A stretch of 64,000 nucleotides of DNA from Adineta vaga. Taxonomy: Eukaryota; Animalia; Rotifera. Where the stretch lies: assembly GCA_021613535.1 (NCBI GenBank), contig CP075493.1, forward strand, positions 9,982,001-10,046,000. The letters run 5' to 3'. Below the pieces are notes generated by a model. It was not told where the DNA came from, ran no database searches, and saw nothing but the letters and a program-made list of their open reading frames with translations. Both the position numbers and the translations under genes were made by a program. This document shows, in pieces, positions 26,770 through 42,612 of this stretch (the first letter of the stretch is position 1; every line of letters begins with the position of its first letter).

Positions 26770-27721
26770 TATGTTTTTTTTGTGCATGATTTACGTATAT
26801 ATTTGTATTTTTATTTTTGAAGTTCTTTTTTTTCTTGTTTTAATATGAGAAAGATGCTGTGCATTGTATCTATTGAATATTGACAATAAAAAATAAACGT
26901 ATAAAGTTAAACTAACAAGATGACATAGATATTGTAGAAGAATTACATCTGTTATGTATCGATTCCAAGTTAAAGCTTGACTTCATTTCATTCTTTTTAC
27001 TGATGATCGATGTCCCGATAAGATAAAGCAAAATGAGAATGTTGCAAATTTTTTCTTGCAGTGTCGTTCGTAATAGCAAAAAAGAAAGGAGAAGAGAGGA
27101 AGAGAGAGAGAAAGAGGGAGAAAACGCTTTTTTTATGGATATGTGCAAAAGCTTATCTCTACATCGCGTATAAATGAATGGCAAAATACAGTGACGTTAA
27201 CCTGTACTCGTTTTCAATTTTGTTTTTTCTATATACACCTCTTTTTGACTTTAATCACAGACTAGCTTATCTCCTCACAGTCAGAAGAATCAATTGCGAT
27301 TTGATAGCACAAAATAAAACAACATTGATTACTTGTTTCAGTCTATCTGTATACCTTTCCAATCAACAACGTTATCAGGCGTGTTTTTCAATTTTGCGAA
27401 AAAAAAATGATCAAATCAATATTATTAATGAGATATTATGTCAAGAAAAAAACGCCAAATATCAACCGAATCATTTATTCATATCTTGCTTATTCAGTTG
27501 GACGTCTTATCAGTATCCAATCTTCTGCAATGTATATCTCTATATTCTCACTCATCATACGTAGACACTTACTAATACAAACATATCTAAATATTATCTG
27601 AAAGAAAACGTAACAGATGAATATATTGAGCTTTGTTTTGACATTTATCAAAGAAGGAAAAAGAACGAAAAATGATTAGATCGTACTTTATTCATGTTTT
27701 CCTCTTCTTTTTAGATATCGA

Positions 27722-27744
27722 GATATATATATATATATATATAT
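27722..27744. repeat. (AT)n microsatellite
   Basis: Seen directly in the sequence. Confidence 0.8.
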
Positions 27745-28262
27745 AGCTCTAGCTCATTAAAAGGTGAAATAAACAGATAAATTAAAATTTTCATTTGTTA
27801 TTTAATCGACTTGGTTTTTTTCGATACAAAAGTTAAGTACATCTTTTTTTTTACATAGGAATCTATCGATTGATCTTATATGTAAAGATTACTAATCTTT
27901 GATTGTTTCTTCCGAGTCAATGATTTTGTATTTGTATATGCTTGGTTATCTCACTTTTTTATCTACGTGTCGAGAGATGATAGGATGCCAATGACAAAAT
28001 GCATTTTGAGAGAAGATAAAACCAGTGAATATTGGACTATTCTTATCTTTTGGAATAACTTAGTAAAAAGAAAGATAGTATATCTAGATTTGTTTTTCTT
28101 TACTTTTTTTTCTCTATCTCTCTCCCCCTCTCTTTCATTTTTCATTTTATCGTAAATTAAAGATCATGAATTAAAATGTTTTCACCTTACTCCATATTGT
28201 AGATAACTTATTTGTTTACTGACATACACATACAGCTTTTTCAATCACACTAAAAGTTCATT

Positions 28263-29864
28263 ATGAATAAAGATACACAAATCAAATGTGAACCATTGGA
28301 TTCGTCATCTATCAAGACTACTATATTATTATCGAAACATTCTCGTAAGATTCTTTGTATTAAATTAAATTTCTATATGTATGATTTTAATCCTAATTTT
28401 AGCTTTGATTTACACTTGTGAATCATGTGATATTCGATTTAGTAATCGTAATACATTGGATGCTCATCGTCAACATTATTGTCAAAAATTTGAAGCACGA
28501 AAAAGTCAATGTACAGGTGAAGTCATTTGATAGAGAGAAAAAGGTCATTGATTGTCATATAATAAAATTCCTATCTTTTTTTTTATAGATTTACCTAACA
28601 GCGACAGAAGACAATTGTTAAAACGCAAATTTTCAGATATCTCTGATTCATTATCGAACAAACGCTTATCTTTATTATCACATGATACTTATTGTCAGGA
28701 GTGTGCCGTTCTATTTGATAAGAAAGATAATTTTCTTCAACATAAATTATATCATTGTTCGAAACCGAAATTAAACAATGAACAATTAACATTAAATCAT
28801 CCTGTTCAAACCGATAAATTCCTCTATCTACCAATTCCAATTCTTTCTGCACCAAACAATTTTTCGAATCAAATTAGTAAACCATTAGATTTAAGTAAAC
28901 CAAAGAAAACGACTGATGAATGTAAACGATCTAATTCACCCATGGATCTTTCACTTGATAAAAGTAAAACGAAAAAGAAAGAACAATTTTATCTGTGTGA
29001 ATTCTGTTCGATACATTTTCGTTCATTAAAAACGTTACAAGCACATCAAGAAAACTATTGCATTGGATATCGAAAGCAAAAGAAAGATGAAAACAATCAA
29101 TTGATTCATTCAACCAATACTATTCGGTAAGACTCAACATTTCTTTCATTGATTTCAATTAAAGATATTTCTATTTCAACAGATCTCAATCGTCAACCTC
29201 TCAATTAAATCCATCTTCTCGTTCGACTTTATTCATCTGTCGTTTATGTCAATATCGTGGTAATACACTTCGTGGAATGCGTATGCATTTCAAATTTCAT
29301 TTATCAAATAATCAACCATGCTCCGATGATGATATTATCGTAAAACCTACCGTAAAAAAATGTGAATCATTACCTTTAAATTCAAGTGAATCTTTATTAA
29401 AATGTACAATATGTTCGGCAATGTTTGATTATGAAGAAATTCTTCTAAATCATATTCGCAATGTTCACACGAATGAACGTTATTTAAAATGTTTAGAATG
29501 TCAATCAAGATTTTGTTCGAAATGGAATTTAAATCGACATATGAAATTTACACATACAAATATGAAATATGATGAACAAGAAACATTAATGAATCTCATT
29601 AATAACTCACTAAATAAATGTTCTTGTCCTTTTTGTCAATTGACATTTCAGAATAATGTTATATTAAAACAACATATCATTCATTCTTGTTCAGTACAAT
29701 CATCAGCAACAAAAGAGATTTTAAATGATATTAGAAAAAAGATACAAAATGAAACGTTTTGTTCATTATGTCAAATATCATTCCAATATAAAACTTCATA
29801 TGATGCACATCGATTGTACTATTGTCGAGGAAGTTATCAAAATAATGTGAAATTACAAGCATGA
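28263..29864 (+). CDS. ush: Friend-of-GATA / U-shaped (ZFPM)-like zinc-finger corepressor
   Basis: Four FOG-type CCHC fingers (CESC..AHRQHYC, CQEC..HKLYHC, CEFC..AHQENYC, CSLC..AHRLYYC), C2H2 fingers, and CtBP-binding PLDLS and PMDLS. Four exons. Confidence 0.82.
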
Positions 29865-30175
29865 AGATTCTTTTCTATTTTTCTTTTTTTGTAATTTTAT
29901 ATACAGTTTTTCTTTTGTGTTCAAATAATAAACATTGACAATTGAAAGTAAATGAAATCTTAAAATAAATGAAGATAGTTCACTATAGTTCGCACTCTGT
30001 CAGATAGAACAGGAAAAAAATGTAATATTCTTCGTTTTTTCTTTGTTATATTATTGTCATTAAGAAAGATATGAGTAAGAACCAGCTGATGCATTTTGAA
30101 TATATTAAAGAAAAACAAGCCATTTGTGCATTTTTTCTTGTGTAAACTAGTCAAGTTCTTGTAGAAAAGAAAATA

Positions 30176-33100
30176 ATGGCCGATGAAATAGAATCGGACA
30201 TTATGTATGGTCCATTGGATGAAAGTGAAGAAGCAGTAGCTGCTGCAAATGAACTGGCTGAGAAAAATGATGATCCAGATATGCAGGTAAGAAAACAACT
30301 GATTTTGATCAATGTAAATTATTCGAAATATCTAGATGCAAGAAAATGTCTATATTAATTTAATCGATGATTGTTACAATTGTTTCAATGATGGTATAAC
30401 AAAAATTGGTACAAATAAAGATTTTAATAAATTGAAGACTTTTTTTCTTGAACATGATTGATTTTCTTGTAGATTTTATACTTGTTTATGAAGATAAACG
30501 TGCAACAACTGTGGATCAATTAATGATATCTTTACCACCTACAGTGAACAGTGAAGAAAATGATCGAATAGCATTAGCAATACAAAAACAAAAAGATAGA
30601 CATAAGTTATTTAAGAAAAGATTTCTGGGAAATTTATCAAAAATAGGTCTTCTTATGGAAACGGTATGTCTTATTTCACAGAAGAATATTGACTAAAAAT
30701 CTGTATGCATTTTTCATAAAGGATGTTCGTGAAAGTGATCGAAGTCTTGTTTATTTCATTAAAATTCATATTCCATGGTCATTAATGCTTAAATACGCTG
30801 AAGATTTGAATTTTCGTGTACCAATTCGAGTAGGATTTTTCTTTAACAGATTTCGTATATAACTTTTCATTTTATTTAGGCAGCTAATAATTATAGTAGT
30901 ACAATAACTTTTGTCGATCGTTTACTTCGTTTTTTACATTTATCTCATAATCCATTTCTTTCCGAAGCGCCGAAACGTTATTATGATTTGTATACATCCG
31001 TCTTTGAAATATCTAAAGAAGATCATTTTATGGGTAATAATCATTTTCCTGTTCATTTTACTAATACTCAACGAAGTTTTGCTGTTAATGAAATTTTACA
31101 AACAACACCATTTGGTCGAATGGAAAAAGGTGAAATTGGTATTGATCGTCTCGTACGTGAACGAGTCTTTCAAGCTGCCTATCCATTACATGAAGGTGAT
31201 TATAAATTTGATAAAACTGAACGACAAACACCATTTCATGAAAATAATCCGCGAAGAATTTTATATGATATGTGGTCACGTTATCGAGTATTTTATAAAT
31301 ATCAACCGTTGGATTTAATTCGTGAATATTTTGGAGAAAAAATTAGTCTCTATTTTGCTTGGCTAGGTAAGAGAAATCATTGAAAGGAAGTTTGATTGAA
31401 CAGAAAATGAGTTTTAGGACTTTATACAACTTGGCTTATTCCTGCATCGTTAGTTGGTGTATTTGTGTTTATGTTTGGATTTATTTATCTAGCAAATAAT
31501 CAACCGGCTCATGATGTTTGTACCATTGGAAAAAATATAAGAATGTGTCCACTTTGTGATGCGGTAAAGAATTTTGATTGCTTATCGAGATAGTTTCAAA
31601 CGCATATCTCGAATTGTATCCGTGTATAGATTTTCGAGAATATATTTTGAATTTTAGTGTCCTTTTTGGAATCTATCAGATACATGTTCGTCTGCACGTC
31701 TCGGTGTATTTTTTGATCATCCTGGAACTGTTGTCTATGCTATATTTATGTCATTTTGGGGTAAAAAGAATTTTGTTTCATGATGACGTATTTTTTTTAT
31801 CGTATAGCGGTGACATTTCTCAAACATTGGAAGCAGAAAAATGCGCAAATCACTCATCGATGGGATTTAATGGAATTCGATGAAGAAGAAGTAAGTTTTA
31901 TTGAAGAATAAAAGTAATGTAATCATCTAGTATCCTTCAACAAGAATCGACCACGTCCTGAATTTGCAATTCGTACATCACGAGTCGAAAAGAATCCTGT
32001 AACCGGCTTACTTGAACCTTATTTTCCGCCACGAACTCGCCTTTATCGTATTATTGCTGGTATCATCACTCTAAGCGTCATGGTAAACAAAACTTCTTCT
32101 CGATAAATTTGTTCACATGAATTCATTTTTAGATTTGTGTAGTCATCATATTTATCGTGGCAATCACTGTCTATCGGATAATTATAAGTATTCCGTTACT
32201 TCGAAGTAAAGATTTACAGTAAATTTAATGAAATTTCATGTATAATGTTCCTTTCTAATTGAAAATCAATTTTTCTTTCTAGAGACTATGCACTTACGGC
32301 CGCATCGATGAGCGGAGCAGTGATCAATTTAATTGTTATTATGATATTAGGTTATTTATATGGAATAATCGCTTATAAACTCACACAATGGGGTGTGTAA
32401 ATTCTGTGATTTAGCAAAAAAAAATTTATCTCATTGATTGATATGCTTTTCTTTTCATAGAAATGCATCGAACACAAACTGATTTTGATAATCATTATAC
32501 AATCAAAGTATTTATCTTTCAATTTACGAATATTTATTCTTCAATTTTCTACATTGCTTTTATTAAAGGAAAGTAAGTTGTTTGTTTTTGCTTTTTTAAA
32601 ATTTTTATAAACATATTTCTTTTAGAGCTATTGGATATCCTGGACATTATATAAGAATATTCGATTTACGACAAGAAGAGGTAAATTTTTATTTTTTTCT
32701 GTGTGATTGAAAGATCCTTACAGATGCTTCTGCTAAAAATGTGTTTTTCTAACCATGTTTAGTGTGGCCAAGGAGGTTGTTTAGTGGAATTAGCTGTACA
32801 ACTTGGAATTATTATGATAGGTAACAATAGAATGATTTGATTTAACAATCTAATCGACAGAATTCCTAGGAAAACAAACTGCAACTAATCTTCAAGAAAT
32901 AATGTGGCCGTAGGTCGATCCATTTTCCTCTCCGAAGTTTTTTTTCTATTCGTGAGTATTTTTAGAAAAATTCTTGCTTTATATCAACGATGGCAATTAT
33001 CGATACCCAAAACACGATGTACCACTCGATGGGAAGATGATTTTAAACGTAGTGAATTTGGTGGTTTATTTGAAGAATATCTAGAAATGGGTAAAAATAA

Positions 33101-34072
33101 AGCGATTAAAAAACTTTTCTTTCCGAATATTTTGATAATTTAGTTTTACAATTTGGATTTATTACAATATTTGTTGCTGCTTTTCCAATAGCTCCATTAT
33201 TTGCATTATTAAACAACTGGATTGAAATTCGTTTGGATGCGAAAAAACTTGTTTGTGAAACAAGGTTTGTTCTTTTCTATTGAGACAAATTCGATATTTT
33301 TGTTCCTTGTTAATAGACGTCCTATTGCTTTTCGTTCATCTACAATTGGAATATGGTTTCATATTCTTCAAGTCCTTGCTTACTTAGCGATTATTGCTAA
33401 TGTAAGAAAAACTCTCAGTTTTTTTTAGAGATAATCTAGTCTTTTATTCATACTTAGGCTTGTCTTATTGCATTTACATCTGAATTCTTACCAAAAATTC
33501 TCTATCAATATACAATTAATTGGGATTTAATTGGTTATACAAATTTTACATTAGCTGAAGCACCTCCTAACGCAACAAAACAAAGCTGCAGGTATAGATA
33601 TTGAATTGTTTCTTGAAATGTATGCAATAGAATATAAATCTGTTTTTAGATATCGAGATTTTCGATATTCAGATGGTACTTTAACACCATTCTTTTGGAA
33701 ATTACTTGCTTTACGATTATTTTTTGTAATCTTATTCGAAGTATGGTTCAATTAAATTTGCGATAATTTATTCAACTTTTTTCAATAGCATGTGGTTTTT
33801 GTTCTATGTCGATTGACTGATGCAGTAATCAGCGACATACCTGAATCACTTGCAATTAAAATTCGACGAGAAAAATATTTAGCTAAACGAGCTTTACAAG
33901 ACTCGAACAGTTACCATCATGTAAGTTTTTATAATCATTGAATATGTTTGTTTTTCTTGTAGACTTTTCTTTATAGATGTCGAAAGAAGCTGAAGTCGAA
34001 CATACATCTCGATCAAAATTAACTCGTTTTTTTCGCACAAGTAAATCAAAAACACCTTCTGTTTCTAGCTAA
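30176..34072 (+). CDS. Anoctamin / TMEM16 (Ca-activated chloride channel or scramblase)
   Basis: [66 protein letters not shown]. Many short introns. Confidence 0.93.
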
Positions 34073-34351
34073 ACATTAAGACGATATTAAATTATATATA
34101 TACAAATGACATTGACAAGTTTCTTTTCTTTTCTTTATGTTATTAATCATTCGATTTCATCTATGAAAATATATCTAACTTGAAAATAATCACTCTATTC
34201 TGAAATACTCTATTGCGGTTTCTCTTTCTCTTTGTTATTCGTACTCGAAGCCACTAGCATTGATGTATCATTAAATTCCTATTAGGAGAAAAGACTGTTA
34301 CCTTCAAAGTTATACTTTATATAGTCATTCGATATTTGTATCGAGAAAGCA

Positions 34352-35918
34352 ATGGAGAAACGTGTTTTAAAGTTTGAATTTGATGTTGGAACAACGAGTC
34401 GGTCAGCAACAGGCGGCAATGAAGGTGTTGGTAAAGCAATGGAACTTGTTCAACGTGAACGAGATCGAGATGTGAAAGAAAAAGAAGAGTTACGTAATTT
34501 AAATGATCGTTTTTCACATTTTCTTGCGAATATTGAACAATTAAAACGTATTAATGAACAATTACAAGCCCAATTAAAAGATGAATTTTCCAAATGGGGC
34601 ATTTTACCACGTGATGAAAATCAATTACAATTAATTATACATCAAATAAATGAACGTGCAGTAAAACGTGCTAATGATGAAGTACAGTCACGTGCTGCTG
34701 AACAAGAAGCAGCCATATTAAATCGTGCAGCTGCTCTCTATGGAAATATTCAAGATATGTATAGACGTAAACAAGAAAATTTACGAAATTTAATTGATAG
34801 GTTACAAGAAGAATTGAATCGTATTGCACAACGTGAACGTGCAAGTAATGAGGAAGTAACAACAAATCGTGATGATCTATTAAAAGAATTGAATAAATTT
34901 CGACAACGTCTCCAAGATTGGCTACATATTGTTGTTGATAAACAAACACTACTCGACGACATTCAATCGTTACGTGAACGTATCAATTTAATAAATGCAT
35001 TAAATGAAGAAGAAATTAATGAATGGAAACGTCTTTTAGAACAAACAAAAGATGATTCAATTAGTTTCTATAAGGAAGAATTAACAAATGCTATTCGAGA
35101 TATAAAACGTGATTATGCTAAACAAGCGAAGAAATTTCAAGATGAACTAGAATATCAGATTGAAGGACAATTACGTATGGTAGAAAATCAATTGAAACAA
35201 CAAACACCAGGGTTCACGGATGGTTCATTGCAAGAATCAGAAAGAAATCGTTTACAAATCGAAGAAACGAAATTACGTACCAGTATGGAAGTATGTATCA
35301 TAGGGATTTGTTACTATTTTTCAGAATTGATTTTCATCGTTATCATCGTAGGAATATGATAAAGAACAGGTGCGTCTCAATGAATTAACAAAGATGTTAT
35401 CTGATAAACGACGTATTTTGCGTGATGAAGAAGCAAAATTACATGAAATAGAAAGAAAAAATCGAGAAAAACAATTAAATGAAAGAACTATTGCTGAAAG
35501 ACTCAAGGCTGAATATGAAGATTTACGTGCACGATTTGAACAGATGGCATTCGAATTACGATTTAGTATTGAAGATGAATTGAAAATATATTCAAGATTA
35601 CTTGATGAACTGATGAAAAAATCATCAACTGTTATTGCTAATCAACAAGGTGGATCAACTTATACTACTATATCATCAACAATACGATCAAGTGGTATTG
35701 AAGATCGTGATGCACCTTCAGCTTATCAACAAACACGTACGACTAGTTCAAGTATTGGTCCAGGAAATACAAATTTTGATTTAAGCTCTGGTCAATCCTC
35801 TCGATCAGATTTTGGAACAAACATAGGTGGTAGCAATAGTTTATTTCGATCTGATGACAATAATGCATATAGTACCAATTCTGAAACTCGAACATCATCA
35901 TTCACACGCCTGAATTAA
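34352..35918 (+). CDS. Intermediate filament protein (long rod, no lamin-tail domain), two exons
   Basis: Coil-1A consensus EKEELRNLNDRF, linker WG, rod-end ELKIYSRLL, intron 35291-35351, Ser/Gly/Thr-rich tail. Confidence 0.82.
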
Positions 35919-37804
35919 CTAATTTTGCAACAAAAAACTATTGAATTTTGACATTGAAATTATTGAATGACCTTTTTTGTTTTATTCAACTATATATAGA
36001 AATTTTATTTATCATACATCATACTCACATGCTGAAATTAGTTTCTCTTCAGTTAGGATAATCCAACCTAGAAATTTTAGAAAGCGTAATATATCTATTC
36101 TTCAGATGATTCATCTCTCTATAATTAATGATAGCTATCCTTATATTTTCGGAATACATGTCATATATTGATGCGTTTCTTATCTTGCACTTGCCAATAA
36201 GTACTTCTACGATTCTGATGCTCGCATACCATTACCATTACATAGGATAACAAACGTTTATATAGTCAATCAAATATAAAAACCTACAAACCAACTAGAA
36301 ATTGTACGTCGTCCTCATCGAGTTAGTACAAAAGATTTTTTCGTATGGCATGAAACGTTAATACATCTTCAAAGTAGTGATCGATGATTCAGGACGCTAT
36401 GTGTAAAATCTATATCAATACCTTCGGGCTGTTTCGATTTTAGATAACAATTGTAACGTCTTTTTAAGTTGCGTATTAAATTCGAAACTCTTCCGAAAAT
36501 TCGTAGGCTATCGGATCATTTAATTAATGTATGGTATAAATCTTAACTTTTTGGTAACAGAGCTTTTATTGATGTTAGTTCATGACATTACATATGTGCA
36601 GAAGAGAAAAACAATACCATAGCACACGATAATGTCGCACAAAAGCTGTAACGAAAAGAAAAAGGAGGTATGACATTTGTCTTCTGACTATATTCTTTTT
36701 ATTTAATAAATAACAATATGTATATGTAGAAGAACAAAAACAAGGGCTAGAAAAGAAATGAGACAGAAATAGATATACGAATATATGTCATGATCGAATA
36801 TATTATAATAGCTACTGATCCTAGATCGTTTATGAAGTGCTTTGAACAAACTATACAAAACGAGAAAATGAGAGATAAATTGTATTATAATCCTAAATAT
36901 GAAAATTTAAGAAATAATCGCTCTTAGAACTTATCAATTTGTGATTTTGAATATGGAATCGATCTATTGAACGAAAAGATTTTTGCTGGAATTAAGCAGT
37001 AGACGTTATTTTGACATGAGTGTTTTGAAATACCGGTTAAAGAGATGACGTTTTATGAACGACTATTTAGCCTAGAGACTAGACGTGATACTAGTTTTAT
37101 TTTTTTTTCTGTTTTGATTTACTTTCTTGTAACATTCTGGGGTACTGCTTTGTCTTGGTAAAAGTGAACGTAGTTAAGAAATGCAGATGCGATAAAAATC
37201 GCAAAGATGTAGAGAAGAAAAGTCAGATTGTAAAATTTTCAGCATCGTGAACTATTGGCTTATATGTTAAATAAGTTATATAGATTGTATACCATTACAA
37301 CTGCCGAGTAATTTGGATGTACTATTTGCAATAAATTTGATTAAATATTGTCTGATCAAATCATTCCTGGTCTTTGTTTCGTTGATAAGAGTTGGTTTAA
37401 TCAGCATTCTAGATCGACGAATAAGTAATCCGTATATATATCATCTATTTACTATAACAATAGAAGGTCACATTTTTCTCGGTATAGTGCCGTATTTCTA
37501 CGTGTACGATCATGAAGATGTAAGAATATGCTGTATTCATCTTGATTTGCTATCTCTTGCGGAAACACAGTACCTTCTTTAAATCTTATCTTGAGAAGCA
37601 AATTAATATAATCTCTGACTAATTTTGTATTGAGTGAAAAAAGAGATGCGGTGTTCAAGCTTTTAATTCATCAGAATTATTTTTGGTATAAATTGAAATG
37701 ATTTTAGTTATCAATAAGCCAAAGTATTCTGTCACATCGAATTTTTGATATTGTGTTTAGAAGAGTTGGAATGTAATTATAAGCATTAATGATCACTAGA
37801 GAAC

Positions 37805-38574
37805 TAGTGGCGTATCCAAGGTCTGGCACTGCCGAGCCACCGAGGAAAATTTCTCTTTGACTATTTATTCCGAAAACGCAGTGTAAACGACTCCGTTTTG
37901 ATCCACCTGGAATAAATCAGTTTTCTTTGTTGCTGGCGCCGTACCGCATAGATGAGCATGGGAATAGAATGTTATTGCATCTGCTGACATTACCACAAGT
38001 AGGACGTGTCTGAGGATTTCATCAGCTATTTGTCAAAGTAATTATGTTTCTAAACTATGACAAAACTATCAATTTATAAAATTTAAAAAGAAAAGACGTC
38101 ATTTCGAGTAGCGCGACTACGATTAACTTTAGCTAAGCTTGATGAAGAATAAGTGAACATAGAACATTTATTGTTAGCTTCAGAGATGTCTCGATGCGGA
38201 TAGGTTATTGTGGCCGCGACGTCCCGTCGATCTTTAGAAATTTTAAAAAAACTTCTTTAAATGCTTCAAAATTCTAAATGTTGTTGGGAAATTTTTACAG
38301 AAATTACCGACACTACATCTAGTTTTCGGTCTTTCGTAGGTCTCGGGTTAATGTTTGTTGGAAGAATTGATTATCTATTCTAGAAAATAGAGCTTAAGCT
38401 GCCCACACTCTTTATTGATATCATTTCTTTTATAATAAAAGCGTTCCATACTAAATTAATTTTTTTCTAAAAAACTGATTTTGAACCCTCAGATAATTAT
38501 GAAGTGATATAGTAGGTTTCAAAATTTTTGTAAGGCATTGCCATACCACCGATCAAATCCTGGCTACGCCACTA
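37805..38574. mobile_element. Non-autonomous hAT-type DNA transposon (MITE-like), 770 bp
   Basis: TIRs TAGTGGCGTATCCAAGG and reverse-complement TAGTGGCGTAGCCAGG. 8-bp TSD TAGAGAAC (37797-37804) and TAGAGGAC (38575-38582). Confidence 0.85.
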
Positions 38575-38825
38575 TAGAGGACGCACTATCACCTACCTGT
38601 TTCATGTTTGGTATTTGTCCGAACTGTCTGTTGTACTTCTAAATAACAAGATCAGTTTACTGAAATACATGGATTTCAATGTGAAAGTGAATTGCATGAG
38701 AAAACATAATCAGATGAGTGCATATATCTAGTCATATTTTATTGCTCTAATTGTTTTTATATGAATAAATGAATAAACAAAAATCAAATCGATACAGTTT
38801 AGTAATAGAAACATGATTTTCTATT

Positions 38826-40414
38826 TTAAAGTTTAACTTGAAATTGTACAGCATTCGTCGTACTATTCGAAGGATTGAAAAGTGCTTGACGAATAAATGC
38901 TGGATCAATAGCCATCTTGTTTGAACTTGATTGTGATGTTTCATTTTTGATCGCTGAGGATGAACTATATAGGAGTGAAAAACAAAATGAAAGAACTGAT
39001 GAGTGTCGTTATCTTACACGTTGCCCTTTGTTGTCACTGATTTGGAATGTTGTGACGAGACAGTTTTCGATGATTTGGTTGAGTAAGATATTGGCTGTTG
39101 AAGACTAACATACATTAATTGTCCATCTAATAATCGATTGTGGTATTTAGCAACTGAATCTTCAGCCTGTTCACGGTTTGCATAGATTATCTGTATACAA
39201 CCACGACTTAATGTTTTAATGTCATTAATATCACCAACTTCGCTAAATAATTCCTAGAGAAGTCAATGATATATTTATAAATTATCTTAATTTAAAACAA
39301 ACGGAAAGAAATCACACATACGATGATGTCATCTTCAGTAACGGTCGATCGAAGATTAGTTATTAGAATGATTGTTTCATCAGAATTTGAACGTGTTGAC
39401 GAAGTTGCTTTTGGCTAAAAAAAACCAGATTTAATCAACCAATGAAATGATGTAAATAGTAGAAATTACTTGTGTGCTACCAAATGCGTCTGTTGAAGTT
39501 CGTTTGAGAGAACTTTTTGGTGATGATGTGGTTGAAATTGGTAGTCCCATATCTGTTGTTGTATTTCGAGAAGTGGTACGTTTTGTTGGAGGTTCGTACT
39601 CATCATCTAAATATTTACGAGTTGAATTAGTTCGAATTGGTGATCGTGATGAAGTGGATGCGTGTGTGGTTTGAGCAGAAGTACTATGTAAACGTCGAAT
39701 AGTTGGTGGTGGTGTTGGCGATTTCGGTCGTTTCCGATATTGATCATTAACAAAACTAATAACCACTTTTTGATCAGATAAATTTGGTTGAGTGTTCAAA
39801 GTTTGAGAATGACGATTGTTGTCTTCATCACGAGCACGTGTAGTATTCTTTATTGTCTTGAAAAAGATGAAGAAATAGAATGAGTTATTTTCAAGAAATG
39901 AGAAATAGGAAAAAATCTATACTTACTTTAGTAAAAGAAATTGGTTCAGTTAACTGATTATTGCGCGTATTGAGAAAACTAGGTCGATTCGAAAGTCCCG
40001 ATGTTAACTATAGAATGAAAAGAAATTCTTTCACACAAATATATCTGTATTTATACTTACACGACCATCATTTGATCTGGTAATAAACAAAGCTTTTTGT
40101 TTTCCAATAACGGGTAGTTCCTCTTCCTCTTCCTCATAATCGTCTTCTTCTTCTTCAATTTCTACGGCATTCTGTCGAATTGGTAAAGAAGTATTTTGTA
40201 TTTTCGATGATTGTCGGCTGAGCAGTTGTCGAGCATCAAAGACTGGTTTATTTCGATTGCCTAATAATTGTCGTGCATCAGTGATGGTAGGAGTTGTTGG
40301 TGCACTAAGACGACCATGTACATTTTTATTATTAGCTGTTGGCTTACTAAGTCTTTTCAAAGCACTGATTCGATTATTACCATTATCTGCCGTCGTTTTT
40401 AATGACATTTTCAT
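38826..40414 (-). CDS. POLDIP3: POLDIP3/SKAR-like RRM protein
   Basis: N-terminal DARQLL repeats, C-terminal RRM (ITNLRSTVTEDDI.ELFSEVG...YHNRLLDGQ), end IRQALF...FQVKL*. Confidence 0.78.
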
Positions 40415-40609
40415 TCTAAATCTTGCTTATAATACTAATGAAACTTTAATCTAGATTGAGAATCAAACTGTAGTAACAAAATTAGAAGAATAGAAAAGAA
40501 AACAGTAGGAATATCTCTTCGAGAATATATTTAATGATTTAAATAATAAAAAGAAAAAGAATGAATCTCATGTAACTAACATCACAATATGATGATCTTT
40601 TTTTATGAA

Positions 40610-42465
<1,856 letters not shown>

Positions 42466-42612
42466 ATCTGAAAATCTAAAATCATTTTTATATAAGAGAA
42501 GATATCATTCGCTATCCGTATTATTTTTCTTTCTTCAATCAAACAAAATAAAATAAAATGAACATCGGACTAGATAGAAGAAAATATATAAATAAACAAA
42601 TGGAAAAAAAAG

